Positions 11,295 through 24,961 of a stretch of DNA of 64,000 bases are shown piece after piece (within the stretch, counting starts at the first letter, position 1; every line of letters begins with the position of its first letter). Made by a program: the position numbers and the translations under genes. The stretch comes from Magallana gigas (lineage: Eukaryota), in NCBI RefSeq assembly GCF_963853765.1, contig NC_088854.1, positions 51,522,001 through 51,586,000 on the forward strand. The letters run 5' to 3'. The notes beneath the pieces are model-generated. The model made no database searches. It had not been told where the DNA came from and worked only from the letters and a program-made list of their open reading frames with translations.

Positions 11295-12209
11295 AAGTTA
11301 GAAATATTCAAAGTAAATAAAAATTATTATTTCTCTTTGGGCAAACGAAAAAACAAACCAAAATGCATCACGGGAATGTTTAGAAAAGGAAACCGCTTGG
11401 TTTCGTCCCCCGAATGATTGGGGTTATTCAACCCGCATGATATGCATCGATTGTAAAGAAAGCAGACTTTGGAAATATTAGCAAACAAAACGTACACATG
11501 TTTATTTGTAATTTGTCTGATCATTTCGACCTTTATTTAAAGCGATGACAAAGTCGTAATACAACCATACCCGTCTCGTCGTCAGGGGTGAAATTTAACA
11601 TGAGGCGAAATAACGCGGTACCTTTTAATGTCGTTTGCTTTGTTAGCAATTTTTGTACGTATTTTTCTTCATTGAAATTTGGCATAATTGACGGGTAAAA
11701 CTACTGCAATGTCTATTATTATACATATACTAAGCATAGCCATCGTTTAAAAGCGTGCATAAAATTTGATATAAAATCGGACTAAGCAGCTTTAAAGTCT
11801 GATGATTATGGTGTTTCTGAACTAAAAAATAATGCTGATACATAATTGAGATGCATATATTTTATGTTATGCAAGTTCAACTGTCATTGTCTGATGTAGA
11901 GTATACAAAAGTATTGAGTTGGAAAATAATTCTGCTTAATATACACACCACCAAGTTCTATTTGTGTGATAAATACTTGTACCCTGTATCGTGTTTTACC
12001 GTAATTTCAATTTGATATTAATTTAATAAAAATGAATGGGTTACTTTTTCTATTTATTTCATATTATCAAATACATGTTCATATCACTACAAACTTGTTT
12101 AAAATCATGTTTTAATAAGGTTTGGGGATCGATATTTTTATAATTCAAAACTTCAAGAGCAAAGAAAAATTCAGAATTGATTTCAAGGAAACTGTGAATT
12201 GTCTGACTT

Positions 12210-13933
12210 TTAAAATATTATGTCACAGTTCCTTACACAAGTAGGACAATACCATTGACAATCTAAATCTTCATACTCGTAAGTATAGTAGACACATGAC
12301 CAATGATACCATTTTCTACATACACAGTTGCACTGACATAAAATGCCCTTATCCTTTTCTTTCTCCAAAGATCTTAACCAGTGCCCACATTTGATATTCA
12401 AGTCTGAGAAAGTTGCTGCCTCTGACTCATTAGGACGAGCACTCATCTTGATTAGGTGTGGCCCTAGAAATTTTTCAAAAAAAAGAGATATATTTTCAAT
12501 AACAGTATTCCAGTACATTTGGTCAAATTCAATGACTTCATGAACATAATCAGCAGGTGAACATACAATGAAGTGGGTTTTGTGGATATTCGTCACACCC
12601 ATCTGTACCTGAACTTGAGTGTAATACTTATGGTTTCTGTCCACTGGCGTCGGAAGCAAATTGAAAGTGGGGGGGGGGGGGGGGGGGTGGGGGGGGGGGC
12701 TAGACAAATCCTCAGAAATATTGAGGAAAAAAACCGAATTCCCAAAATCATGGAAATCCTAATCCGTGGGGGGGGGGGGGGGGGGGGGGGGGGATATCTG
12801 TACTTCAAAAAAAATTTTTTTTACCTACCAACATTTTTTCCCCCAAATCATGAAATTCCTAATCCGGGGGGGGGGGGGGGGGGAAGTATGTCTATGACTC
12901 CAACATTTCAATCTTTCAGGGTACATTTAGGAACAATTATCTTTGCTACAAGAAAAAGTGGGGGGGGGGGGGGGGGGGGTGAACCCTCTATGATGCTAGA
13001 TCCCTAATGGTTAGGTCTAACTCGGCAAAAAAAATGGGGGGGGGGGGGGCTAAGCCCCCCCCCTAGCCCCCCCCCCCCCCCCCCCCGGTTCCGACGCCTA
13101 TGGTCTGTTAAGTGTAATCTTTTCATCCCATTTTTTTCAAAAAGAGAGTTTTCTCAAAGTCATGAATATCCAACACAATGAGGATATAATCCTGATTCTC
13201 TCACTTTTGTGTTTACATGACATTTTTTCATGTCTTCCTCAAATTTTCGCAGAGCTACTGGTTCAAATTTGTTGCCATATTCAGTAGCTTTGTTTCCTTT
13301 AAATGATTTTTCCAGGAATGTTTTCAGTAGGCTGCTGACATTTGGGGTTTTCCCTGCTTTTAGACTTACCATGGCAGTTTTAACAATGTGTGCATTTGAG
13401 GCTGTAATAATACCTTTTCTGTAGTCATGCCACCAAACATTTTTTGCCTGGCCTTGAGTGCTTTCTTCAGTGGCACGGATTTCCTCTGGCGTTCGCTTTA
13501 CAAGTTCAATTAAATTTGTCAAGCTATCTGTATTCTGACTTAATTGTAGAGCTGTACCAGGTAGAGATGGTTCTTCTGGCAAATTATCCATTTCAGTGGC
13601 TATTTCTTCTCTGGATGGAACCCTGGGATCACTGCATTCTGTTACAGTATACATATCTGGAAGAGACTGAACTGAGTGTTCTTTGTAAAAAAAAAAATCT
13701 GTCTTCTGGGGGTCTAAATTTAGAGGGTTGGTATAGCTTGTTAATTGGGGCATTTGGTTTACACTCTCTTAAAGAAGAAAACAACTGTAGGCAATCTTGA
13801 AAATGTACTTTCTGGTCATTGGGATGTCGAGGATCATGCTCAAAAGCTCTGATTTTCTTCTTTTTCGGTGCCTTGTTGAATTTCGTCTTGTGAATTGCAA
13901 AGTCATGAAATTGTTTTGGTTTGGATGATGACC
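12210..13933 (-). pseudogene. YqaJ/lambda-exonuclease-like plus PHD-finger protein pseudogene
   Basis: TQGQ...W...RKGIITAS, ATEYGNKFE, ESGL, then NHKYYTQVQVQM and PHD CQCNCVCRKWYHWSC...WYCPTC. Disrupted by a frameshift in an 11-T run near 13690, apparent loss of the SPDG/EIKCP segment, and a MITE at 12641-13103. Confidence 0.85.
12641..13103. mobile_element. G/C-homopolymer-rich MITE with 5-bp TSD
   Basis: Termini CCACTGGCGTCGGAA ... TTCCGACGCCTATGG. TCTGT lies at 12636-12640 and 13104-13108. Removing it restores LNRNHKYY in frame. Confidence 0.9.
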
Positions 13934-15214
13934 CTGAAAGACAGGATAATCAAGTTAAATGTATACTGTAATTCTCAAATGATTACTTCATATAAATGCA
14001 TGCTTTTCTATTACATATATTAAGTGTATAATAAAAGAGTTACATCTCATTGAAAAACATGAACCAGCACGCTTTTCACATTATGTTAAAAATCATGATT
14101 GAGTACAAATATTTAAATGTGGATAATTTTCTCACAACATACTCATTCCTCACTTGATCAAGACCATGTATAAAACTGTACTTACCTTCGCTATTCCACA
14201 TACTTGATTCAAGTCATTGATTAAATTCTTTTCAGTGCATTAGATAACTTTCACAACATTGAAATTGAGCAAATTAACAGCAGCAGTATGATGTCAGAAC
14301 AAATATAAATACATAGACCAATCCACACTTTACAAACGTTATATCCCTTGGCCGCCATCTTTGGGGAAAACCCCATATATTTCTTAGCCTTTGTAGTTTA
14401 GAGGGTTGTAACTTCGTCATTTGATATTAAAAATCCGTTTCCACTGTGAATATTTTTATTGCCCCAAGTTGGGGCAACCCACATATCGAAGGAATAAATC
14501 ATATCCCAAGAGATTTCTTCAGAGGACGCCAAAATATTGGGTTGCTTAAAGAAGGGAAAAGTTGCTTTTTCCCTTTTGCCTTTGGGTTGACCCCGGAAAG
14601 GGGAACAACTTTTGCAGCAAAGTGTGGATTGGACTATTGTCACGTAGATAAATTATTTAGGCAATGATTTGTTACATATACACGAACATCGCTTGAGCAG
14701 TTTATTAAGTCGGCAATTAATTCACCATAAACGAAACCGTTAAATGATTAGATTTTATTGCAATCTATGATTTGGAGAACTAAATGATACTTATCTCAAG
14801 AAGTCGATAGCGCGGTTTTTTTTTAATTTATAAAACAAAGTTGATTTTTTTTATAGCTCAAATCAAGTCCAAGTCTTTAAAATATGTGTTTGATTCATAT
14901 ATGAAAATATATATGATATATGAATTACAACAAATTGAACAGCTAGTAAATTTGCTTCTGGCGCCACTGACATGTATAATGTTCAAGTTCAAGTTCTTTA
15001 TTCCAAGAGACAAATATCTCATAGGTTATATGCATGTGAACATATACATATTAAATAACAAGTAAGACAAAAAATAGTGTACATAATTAATTTTGATAAT
15101 TCACATTAAAAGTTCGATGCTTGTTTGCATAATATAAATATTTACCTTAATTACACAGTTCTTTAGTATTAGATGCAGATGATAACTGAATACCTTTATA
15201 GACACTTGGTTTGG

Positions 15215-18200
15215 CCTCAGTTGTGGTGATCGCTATGATGTCATCTGATAAATTACGACCCTGTTAGACAGCGTTTAATTTACATATATTTAATAATTTG
15301 AATCACTGAAATAATATTTTATATTTCATTTCAAGAAAATGTTTTTTGTATTTTTCTTTTCGGGTTCTATATTCATATTTTCATAAATAGTTTTACGCTT
15401 TTCCATTAAATTTTGTCGCTGTCGCTTTTATGGTTGTAAAGGTTTGTAAATATGGTTTTCTTGTCATTCGTATTATTGTACTACAGAAACCAGTAGATAC
15501 TGATAGCTACAGTGCTGGAGACTCGGGTGCAGACGTTGCAAAATGAAAAGCGTGAGTGCACAAATCAATTAAACGTCAAAACCCATACAAGTAGGTGAAG
15601 ACACTTCAAAAACTTTATGTAGTTCAGTAAGATAAGAGTATTTAAACGTTGTTTGCTCGTTTGTTTTGTGTCTTTTCTAGAACTTTTTACAGGAATTGAA
15701 CAATCGCATGCAAAGGTCTTTAGAACTCGCTCGGTGTCTTCATCGAATTAACTGTCTATGCTGTTGACGTCTCACGTAGAACTTTCACTTTTGGGATCTT
15801 AGCTCCAGTTCTCATACAATTTATTTCCACAAAAGAAAGATCCAGCTTCGTTCGTCGCCTTTGTGCAACCACATAAACCTTAAACCAAGAAAAGATCATT
15901 TTATTATTGTTTGAACATATTTCATTGTAGGGTCTTGTTGACAAGAGGACAGGGCACGTTTACCTTTTAAAAACTTAAAACACTGTCCACAATGTAGTTA
16001 TAACAAAACAATATTTAATTGTTAAAGGGGCATGGTCACGATTTTGGTCAAAAATAATTTTTCCGAATTTGATGTTTACAATGCTTCAGTAAGGCATTTT
16101 TAAAAGACAATCAAAATTTGAGGGTCTTTCGTTGAGTTATAAGCGAGTTACTGAGTTTACTATTCTTTGTTATTTAAACAAAACTCTTGTTTAAATTTGA
16201 ATGTTGAAGTGAAAATTTGAGTTTAAAACCTAAAATGAATGTGTTAAACTTTAAGAACTGTTTATTAGTGCTTAAAATTAACAAGAAGATATCCAAACAG
16301 CTTGAAAAAGATTTTTACTGGTAAATTGAACATATGTTAACAAAAACAGGGCACGAACCTCCTTGTTACATGACGAAGAATCGTATGCCATTTATCTTGC
16401 TTATAGTTCTATAACTGACTCATATGATCATTAGAAATGCATTCCTAAAGCATAGTATAATAAAAACAGAAAATAAAATTTGACCAAAATCGTGACCATG
16501 CCTCTTTAAGGATATGTACAATGATACCATTTCAAAAACCGTTAATCGTTGTTACAAGTAAAGTAGATATGCATATAGAAATACGATATTAGGAATACTT
16601 TCTGATTAAAGATAAATCAGAAACGATGAGATTTCTTATGAACACTCTTATGCACTATTCTTCAAAACTACTGGAGTCATCTCCCCATAGAGGAGCACAG
16701 GTGTCATTAATGTTACATCTGTATAAATTTCAATCCGAATAAAATATTATGTCCAAGTCTAGTGAAGATTACATTACTAAGTATTTATTTTTCCTAGATT
16801 CTTTAGTTCTTTTTTTTTTAATCATAATAGAGTATACACTGTACGCATAAGCAAACAATCCTTTTTAAAAAAATGAATATAGTGCTATTTGGGGTTTTGG
16901 GGTTTAGAGAAAATTTGATCACGTGACCAACCAGCTTCATTTCGTGATGAACCTTTTAATATTGCTATTCATTTCCTAATAGATCTCCAATAAGTCTGCT
17001 AGCATCTTATCCATCATGTGCTACCGTGCATCCTGGAATATGTAAGCTGGGCATTTGCAGTTCATAACACCATGATCATTGACAAACGCGCAATTTATTG
17101 CTGAAATGTAGGAGGCATGTTTGTTGGATCAAGGATATCATTTTAATCCCATTCTTACTGCAGCTTTATGAAATTGATTTGTTGCTGCTCCTGTAAAGCA
17201 TGCAACTTCTGAGGGAGACGCTAAATATACACATGATATAGACAAACTTTGAATTTTGGTACATGGGTGTGGGGTCTGTTTCAAGAGAAGGCCAAAAAGG
17301 TTACTCCATAACAAGAGGGCAGAGAGAGGTAATGATTATTAAAATGTTCCTAAAAAGCTTTAAAATGGGAATTTATATATAAAAGGTCTTAAAGGATGAG
17401 CAGGGACATTTTCTCCCAAAGACTTAACCCGTATATGATTGTAAAATTGAAGCTTAAGGTTTGTTTTGTTGTTATCGTTATCTTTCTGGTTTCTGAGTCT
17501 AGTAAGCAAAAATTGTGGGATCATTGCTTTAATGTATGCAGGTGAAAACAACTGTTGGAGGTGTATTTAGTCCCTCTGTAAATGGGATGATATTTCTAGA
17601 AAATAATATATTAGAGAAGTTATTTTTAAATATTAATGATCAGATTAGCATAATGATTGCCTGACCTTTACACGCCATGGCCATTTGTATTGTTCACTGC
17701 TTTTTACGATATCAATTAATGAACAGGGAATATATCTATAGAGATCTTGTATGACGTTACTCTGTCACAACCACGGGGTCACAGGTATGAAGGGTGCACG
17801 TGTATCAGGTAATTTAAGTTCAAATAAAATGTCATATCAAACGGTTAGAATGGACTAATACAAAATTAAATTTAAACGACTTCATTTTCTCTTCAAACTT
17901 TCTTTTGACAGATATATGTGTTTTTATTGTATTCGCTAATTTAGGCGCTCACAAAAATGACACAAACGTACAGTTTCACGATCGCGAGGAATTCGTGATA
18001 ATGGCGTTGTCACTCAATTACTGTAAATCACGGAGTAAAATAAAACTTAAAATTTCTTGTCGAAAGTCGTGAAAATTTTAATTGTGAATAATCACTTACA
18101 AGCCAAAACTGATGCAATCCCTGATTAAGCACGCCATGCCGAGTTTAATTAGCACAGATTAATGTTTGGAGACATGCCCTGTGTTCAATTAACAAAGTGA

Positions 18201-18421
18201 TGGATCTATTTTTACCCACATTTACACCATTATGACATATATTAGCAGGTGTCTGAATTCTTTTTGATAGTACATGTACATGAGCATTTGAGTAATAAAT
18301 AGTAATGACAATAACATTTTGTGTATTTAAAGTACATTTTCTGAATTTGCTTAATGATAATATTACTATTTTTGTCCTCATAATTATCACACGTATTTAG
18401 TGGTGCAATTGTAAGCTCAAA
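15215..18421. repeat. Duplicated block B, copy 2
   Basis: Colinear with 3460-6639. Confidence 0.95.
16026..16505. mobile_element. TTAA-flanked MITE (Kolobok-like)
   Basis: ttaa-aggggcatggtcacg ... cgtgaccatgcctct-ttaa. Confidence 0.85.
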
Positions 18422-19044
18422 AGACATCAGCACTAAACATGTTGCGGTTTTAACTGAAGGACAGTCATAAATGTTTTAGGTTCAACAAGCTAAACAAGTT
18501 GTTTTTTGTTTTTTTATTTTTTCTTTCCTTTGTACAATCCTTGTTATGTATAATTCAACCTGCTATCTCAATTTTCCATTCTCTAAAAAAAAATCAAACA
18601 AGTCAGATTTACAAACAATAAATATACACATGCATAAGTGTTTAAGAAAAGCAACTAAACGTAAAATATTGTTTTCATATACAGAGAAAATTATTTACAT
18701 GCATATCATAACAGATGAAGAAAAAAAAATCGTTTATTTTTTTTCTTCACATTTTTAATATCATTACTACGTTAATACGAACGATCATTTTAGATGTGGA
18801 TCTCTTAATCAGACCATTCTCAAATGGAGACTGGGCGCGAAATGCCAAGGACCAAACCTATGTCCGCAACGGAAAATTATTTAAAGGCCGCAGCTTTAAT
18901 CTGAAATTTAAAAGTAATATTAACACTTAAGTCTGAAATTAATGCGTGGATTATTGCCTATGTTGAGTCATATCCTGTTGGGAAAAAATTCAGAATATTT
19001 CAGGATTTTATTTGAATACCAAAAAGAGTTCAATCTAATATTAA

Positions 19045-19536
19045 AGGGGTATGGTCACGATTTTGGTCAAATTTATTTTTCTGTTCTTATTATTTGCAAT
19101 GCTTTAGAAATGCATTTCTAATGATTAAATGAAATTTGGGTGCCAGTCATTGAGTTTTAAGCAAGATACAGGGCTCACAATTCTTCGTCATGTAAACAAG
19201 GCTCGTGCCCTGTTTTTGTTTACATAGGTTCAATATACCAGTAAAAAATCTTTGTAAAGCTTGTTCGTCTATCTTATTATTCATTTAAAGCATAAATAAA
19301 CGGTTCCTAACGATTTACACATTTATTTTAGGTCCAAAAGTGGAATTTTCACTTCAACATTCGAAATGTAAACAAACGCTTTGTTTACATAGCGAAGAAT
19401 TGTAAGCTCTGTAACTCGCTAATAACTCATCAAATGACACTCAAATTTTGGTTGCCTATTAAAAATGACTTACTGAAGCATTGTAAACATCAAAATCGAA
19501 AAATTAATTTTTGACCAAAATCGTGACCATGCCCCT
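19045..19536. mobile_element. TTAA-flanked MITE (Kolobok-like), opposite orientation to the 7315 copy
   Basis: ttaa-aggggtatggtcacg ... cgtgaccatgcccct-ttaa. The internal sequence is the reverse complement of the 7315 copy. Confidence 0.85.
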
Positions 19537-21532
19537 TTAAACCCAGTTGCATATCCGCATACATCTTCTCAAGTCAAGGGTTTCTGATCCGCTCCGCTCT
19601 ACATGATCCGCAAATAAAACACAACCAAACAAACAAAACATCCCCCCCCCCTAAAAAAAAAAGACAATCACAAAAACAAACAAACAATAACAGCATTCAA
19701 AAAGAACACATCTGACGGTCATTACAAGATTAAATGAACATTGAACTGTTAAATTGCATGCGAAACTTACATGTATTAACTTTCTATACTCTTGAGTTGC
19801 TTTCCATCTATGCATAAACCAGAACTTTATCAGTTTATTACCAAAACAAAATGTAAGGAGTAGAAAATAGCAGAATATGAGATTGTCATATAAAAACAAG
19901 TAATTCAGATCTTATGACAAGTTTTCCGAAAACATTGTGTTTTACTAAAGCACGTCTTAACAGAACACATTATTGCGTTCTAATGAAATTATTAATGACG
20001 TTCATCAGGCAATAAACCAAACTTGTAAAGCTCAGGATGCTACTCCTCCGGTTGTATAATAACGAACGAAAGCCGTTCCCAGATGTATGAGCATTAATTA
20101 CTGTTAATGAGTGCTTGAAGCATAAAATCTCAATTAAATCTAAATAAGAAAAACATCGTTAAATAACTTTATTTTTTGCACCAGTAGACTATTTATGTAA
20201 CGACATATTCTACACTTTATTATGCTACTTATTTAGACAATTTATTTCTTATAACAGTGATTCTGTCTTCTTTTCTCTGGATTTCAACTTTGTTCTATTT
20301 TTCCATAAGTATAATTTGTCATAAAAATAACTTTAATGTTTTATTTATTCTGTAACTTTGTTTGCAACAGACACAATTTACCACTGGAAATCATAGATCA
20401 TCCTGTGTATATGATGGACAGGATCAAAGAATCTCTCTTCTTTCTATAATATTCTCTTGGGAAGTGAAAAATATAACTAAATGTTGACAAGACTGTTCTG
20501 AAAATAAAAAATCAGTAGAAAATGATAAATATTATGTTTAGAAAAAAACTAAAATGTTTAAAAGTTACACGTATCCAAATTTTGGGTCCAGTGTATACGT
20601 GATCATTTCATATTTTACAAAAAAAATTGTATTGTGTCCTCAATAAAAATAAAAGCTGGCCATTTTTTCAGTCATTGCTACTTGATTGACACAGTATTTT
20701 AGATTCAAGAAGTTTACAGATTTTGTGAAAACTGTTAATATTTCCGGCTTAAATGTATATGTAATTTATTTAATTAATAATGTTTTACATAAAACCATAC
20801 TATGAATTAAAACAGGTGAGCCGTTTTGATATAAGTAAATCCTTAAACATCTTGAATTTTAAAGTGGTTTTTTTTCCACTTTTACTGAAGTGAACAATGG
20901 TGATACACAAAGTCCTAACAAAGTACAAGTATGGGTTTTTGCATCCATTTGTTTGGCTATTTTAATTCTCAATACAATTTACAAAAATTCCAAAAAATCC
21001 AAAAATAAATCAATGAACATTTAATTATTTTTTCCCTAAAAAACTAAATAAACAACCTTTTTGAAATAAAAATCATTTTTACACTTTGTTGTTGTTGCAA
21101 ATTTCACCCTTGACTTTCTTCTTAAATTGATGTATAAAAGGGGAGGGGGTATAAATCTTGTCAAAACGAGGTCGTGTACATTTCCATCGTTGTTTCTGAC
21201 TATTGGGTAGCTTATTCCATTATAAAACGTGTGTATTTTTATATATAGGCTTATTCCTTGCACAATTCTGGATATAAATGCTCATATTAGTTCGAAGTAT
21301 CGAGGCTAAAAGTTTTGTCTTTTTTTTTATTTTATACCATAACTATTTCATTAAATGATCGGGTCTTAACTTTCTGATAAAAGAAATCTATGCTGTCCAG
21401 AAATATCAAGGAAAGCAAATCTATCACACACAAAAAATTACAGAATGATACACAGTAAAATTGGACAAATGACATGCACCCTCTATTCCGTTTCAAGAAG
21501 ATTCTCTCAATATACTGAGACAACTTAGTGGA

Positions 21533-22327
21533 ATGGCCCTCCCCCTTTCTGGTAAAATTCCAACCATTTTTAATATTGCGTATTACATTCGTGTAATTTT
21601 TCCGTTTTTGATGATTGGCTTTGAATTATATGTCATATTACACGTAAGTTCAGTGTTGACAAATCACGAATTGTTTGAAAGTCCGTCCGAAAGACCCCAA
21701 GGAGTTATAAGTTAATGAATAATTTGTTGTCACATCATCTGGGAGAAATGAGGCGGGTGATCTAAAGCGATTGTTATGACAAGTATCACTTGTTCAGGAC
21801 TTTGAGGGTTGTTCGTTTTATGACTCGATTTATCAAAAAAGACATTTCTTCCTGTTTTTCTAATTTCAAAAATAACATAGTTATTGAAATATCGTTCTAA
21901 CTGGCCATCCAGCACTGGTGAGAAGACCTCAAAATAATGTGGAGAGCTATAGTACTAATACTAAATGCTGCAAGTGAGTTATCTAGATTACATATTAACT
22001 TATCTATGAAAAAGTTATATTTACTTACTCATATAAGAATTTTCCTTTAAGACCTTGATCTGAAAACTCTTCTGTGTCATATGCGTATCTACAATGTATC
22101 CGTTTACGATTTTATTTTTGTTTGTCAAAAATTTTCGGATTTAAACAAAAGGAGTGCGAGTTAAATGAAGAGGTAGACGCCAGGACAAAATTAAATCCTT
22201 TGTGTTTATTGTAGGCGTGGCCTGTCTGTTGGGGAGCGATTTCTTCTCCCTGTCCCCGTTTGAACAGCGTGCATTCGAAGGTATACCCGGGATTCCAGCA
22301 GAACAGCTCTATAAAATGGCAGGTAAA

Positions 22328-22380
<53 letters not shown>

Positions 22381-23020
22381 TGGATTTGCTATGACTATAT
22401 CGTATATCATCTACTTCTGTTAGATGGCTCAGTATCTGATGCAATCAAACTGAAGGCCAGGCTTTCCCTGTCCGGTGGGGCGGCTCCAGTGCCCGTTGTC
22501 GTCTCCGGGGGCAGATCTCCGGGCGCCCCTCCCTCTGTCCCGGTCAACCACGGCGGCAGTCTCTCGACCGTTTCGGGAGGATCGCCTGGACGGATTCCCT
22601 CCTACTACTCCCTGTTCCGGCCAAGCCCGTCATTCGGGGGGTTACAGTTGGCCTACATCCACCCCGGGTACCCCCACACAGGTCTCCACCACAACCTGGC
22701 TACAATGGCTTTGATTGGTAAGTCTAATGTCATGCACACTTAAGGAGGCTGGATGAATTAATTATTTTATTTTTAATTATACTTTATTAATCTTCTCTAG
22801 ACGAAGAGCTCTGTATTTATTAAGATAAAGGAAAATTTTAGAATTTCACATCTTAAATATTTGGATTTTTGTTTTTTAATGTATAGTTTGGTATAGCTTC
22901 TTAAATTTATTATTCTAGCATTAAAAATACCGAATCTTTTAAAAATGCAAGAGAATTGGTTTAAAATGTATGTTAACATACAAATGTTTTATCAAACTTA
23001 TGAACTCTCTTTCAGATTAA
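21533..23020 (+). CDS. Uncharacterised Gly/Ser/Pro-rich spliced protein; 5' end uncertain
   Basis: GC-rich exons 22215-22322 and 22424-22717 have strong GT-AG sites, phase 1-1, and one open frame. Tentative first exon 21533-21551 and stop exon 23016-23020. Confidence 0.55.
22331..22378. repeat. (AG)n microsatellite in intron
   Basis: Direct observation. Confidence 1.
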
Positions 23021-23399
23021 CCCAGTGTAGAGGTTGAAAATGTAAATGTTCCTGTAGATTTCAAGTAAATAAACATGTTTTAGCCAGACTTTGAAGTCTT
23101 TATATTCCGATCAATATAACAACTAATGGGACATGCTTCGTCATATGGATTGCTTTTTCAAAGAAATTTTAAATGGGTTTACTTGCATATAAATGCCATG
23201 ACAAACGACCTTGGTTAAATTTGGTCTCTATTTAAGAGTAAACCTCGTGTTGTTGTGGCTTCCTGTAATTGATTGATGGACTAAGTGGAAAACTAGCAAT
23301 TCTAAACAATTTTGTTTTATGGTTGGTTAATTCCTGAAACCTTTTCAAATTATGAAGTCAGCAACATTTTAATGAAGTCAGTTGATGACTTGATCTTAA

Positions 23400-23505
23400 A
23401 GGGGCATGGTCACGATTTTGATCAAATTTTATTTTCTATTTTTATTGTTTACAATGCTTTAGAAATGCATTTCTAATGATCGACCAAAATTTGAGAGTCA
23501 GTCGT
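23400..23505. mobile_element. Truncated TTAA MITE fragment
   Basis: ttaa-aggggcatggtcacg left end with no right TIR nearby. Confidence 0.7.
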
Positions 23506-24003
23506 AGACCTATTCTCATATCAAAATATAAAAAAAATCCTCACTTAGAGTCTGTCCCAAGTTACTGTTGTTTCTGTCACATTTAGACGATTTTAATTTT
23601 TTTTTAAAGTAAAACACCCACACATGTGAAAGAAGTACAATCGAAATTTATGAAAAATAAACTATCCAAGATATCTTCATTGACACATAATCATTTTTCA
23701 TTTGGAAAAATCAGGAACGAAAACAGATTTCTTGCGGAGATTTATAATAAGAAAAGTCGATATCTTTTCTCCATTCGGAAGTCACTCGGAATATCTCGCA
23801 ACGTTATCATCCGGGTACTTTTCATGTCTGTTGCAATGCAAAATCTCCGTAGATTCTTTCATTTTGATTTAGTCGTGTATTATACACATGGCAAGAGTAT
23901 TATATAGTTTAGAGTTTAGTTAAAACTCGCATGTTATACATATATATATATATATATTTAATGTTTGAAAAATGAAAACATATTACATTTTAGGACGGAT
24001 ATA

Positions 24004-24961
24004 ATAGGCGCTGTTTTAATATTTTCGAGGTATTTTCTGATATCTAAAATAAATATTTAATATCAATAATTCAAATAATTGACATCCAATAATACGTTAA
24101 TAAATAATTGATAATCAATAAATAATAGATGATTTTCTGATATCAGAAAATTAAAAATTAAATTTGGTCTATTGATATCAAAATTTTGAATTCTTAATAT
24201 TAGAAAATCATTTCTGATATAAAAAAAATCATATTAAGGTATTTTCTGATATCAGAAAAGAAGACTAAAATTATTATCAACTTACATGTATAATAATGAA
24301 TGCTTCCTGAGATGCAACCTTTGTATTCTCGTCAGTAATTGTGTTTTAAAACCTGTAGATGCATGAATAGAAATAATACAGTTTGTTTTATTTTTATTTT
24401 GGCAAGTTCGTCCATATGCATCGTATATATACAATGATAAGCACTGGCTTTCTTTGCGATTCGCTGGGAGTATTGAGACGATCCTAAAAAAAAAAAGAAG
24501 GCGACGCATAATAATATTCAGGTATTATACAGGCTTTCAGTTTGCACTTTCAATAGTTTAGACAAGAACTTTCAAGAACACTTATAAATTTCTTACAATA
24601 AATAAATCTTTTAATAAAGAAGCAACAACTTTTAAAAAGAAAACAGGACTCTGTAGTTCATATGCAGAAAGGTACGTGATTCATATTTATGAAGTATTTG
24701 ATATCTATTCGGCATTTTATTTGAATACCTGATATCAGAGAAAATAAATATAGTTTGATTTCAAAAACAGTTTTGAATTTCTGTTATCAAAAAATCATTT
24801 TATAATATCAAAAATCGAATATCTCATGGCTGATATCTGAAAATTATTTTTGAAATCAGATATTCGATTTTGGATATATAATATAAAAATATAATTTTTC
24901 ATATTCAAAAATCTCATATCTGATATCAGAAAATGCCTCAAAAATATTTAAAGCATCCTTA
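24004..24961. mobile_element. Degenerate MITE rich in ttttctgatatcagaaaa motifs
   Basis: About 40-bp imperfect inverted termini ending in ...ttttctgatatc / gatatcagaaaa..., with many internal GATATC-centred repeats. Confidence 0.6.

Larger units (their letters stand above)
8342..14696. mobile_element. Decayed ISL2EU-type (PIF/Harbinger-related) transposon; ends uncertain
   Basis: Convergent THAP-HTH-DDE transposase (plus) and YqaJ exonuclease with PHD finger (minus), the gene pair known for ISL2EU. The only candidate TIR seen is an 11-bp inverted repeat, TCAAGCGATGT at 8342-8352 and 14686-14696. Confidence 0.8.

Noticed and set aside
11327-11524. Minus-strand ORF with THAP-like words (CISCGLNN, FFRLPK)
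   Set aside because: Cys spacing does not fit THAP and the W and LCSxHF motifs are missing; probably chance.
12573-13007. Poly-Gly and poly-Pro ORFs
   Set aside because: They are translations of G/C homopolymers in the MITE.
3460-18421. Duplication as a pure haplotype or assembly artefact
   Set aside because: Not fully excluded, since an N gap lies in copy 1. However, the divergence, the internal inversion and copy-specific insertions favour true paralogy.
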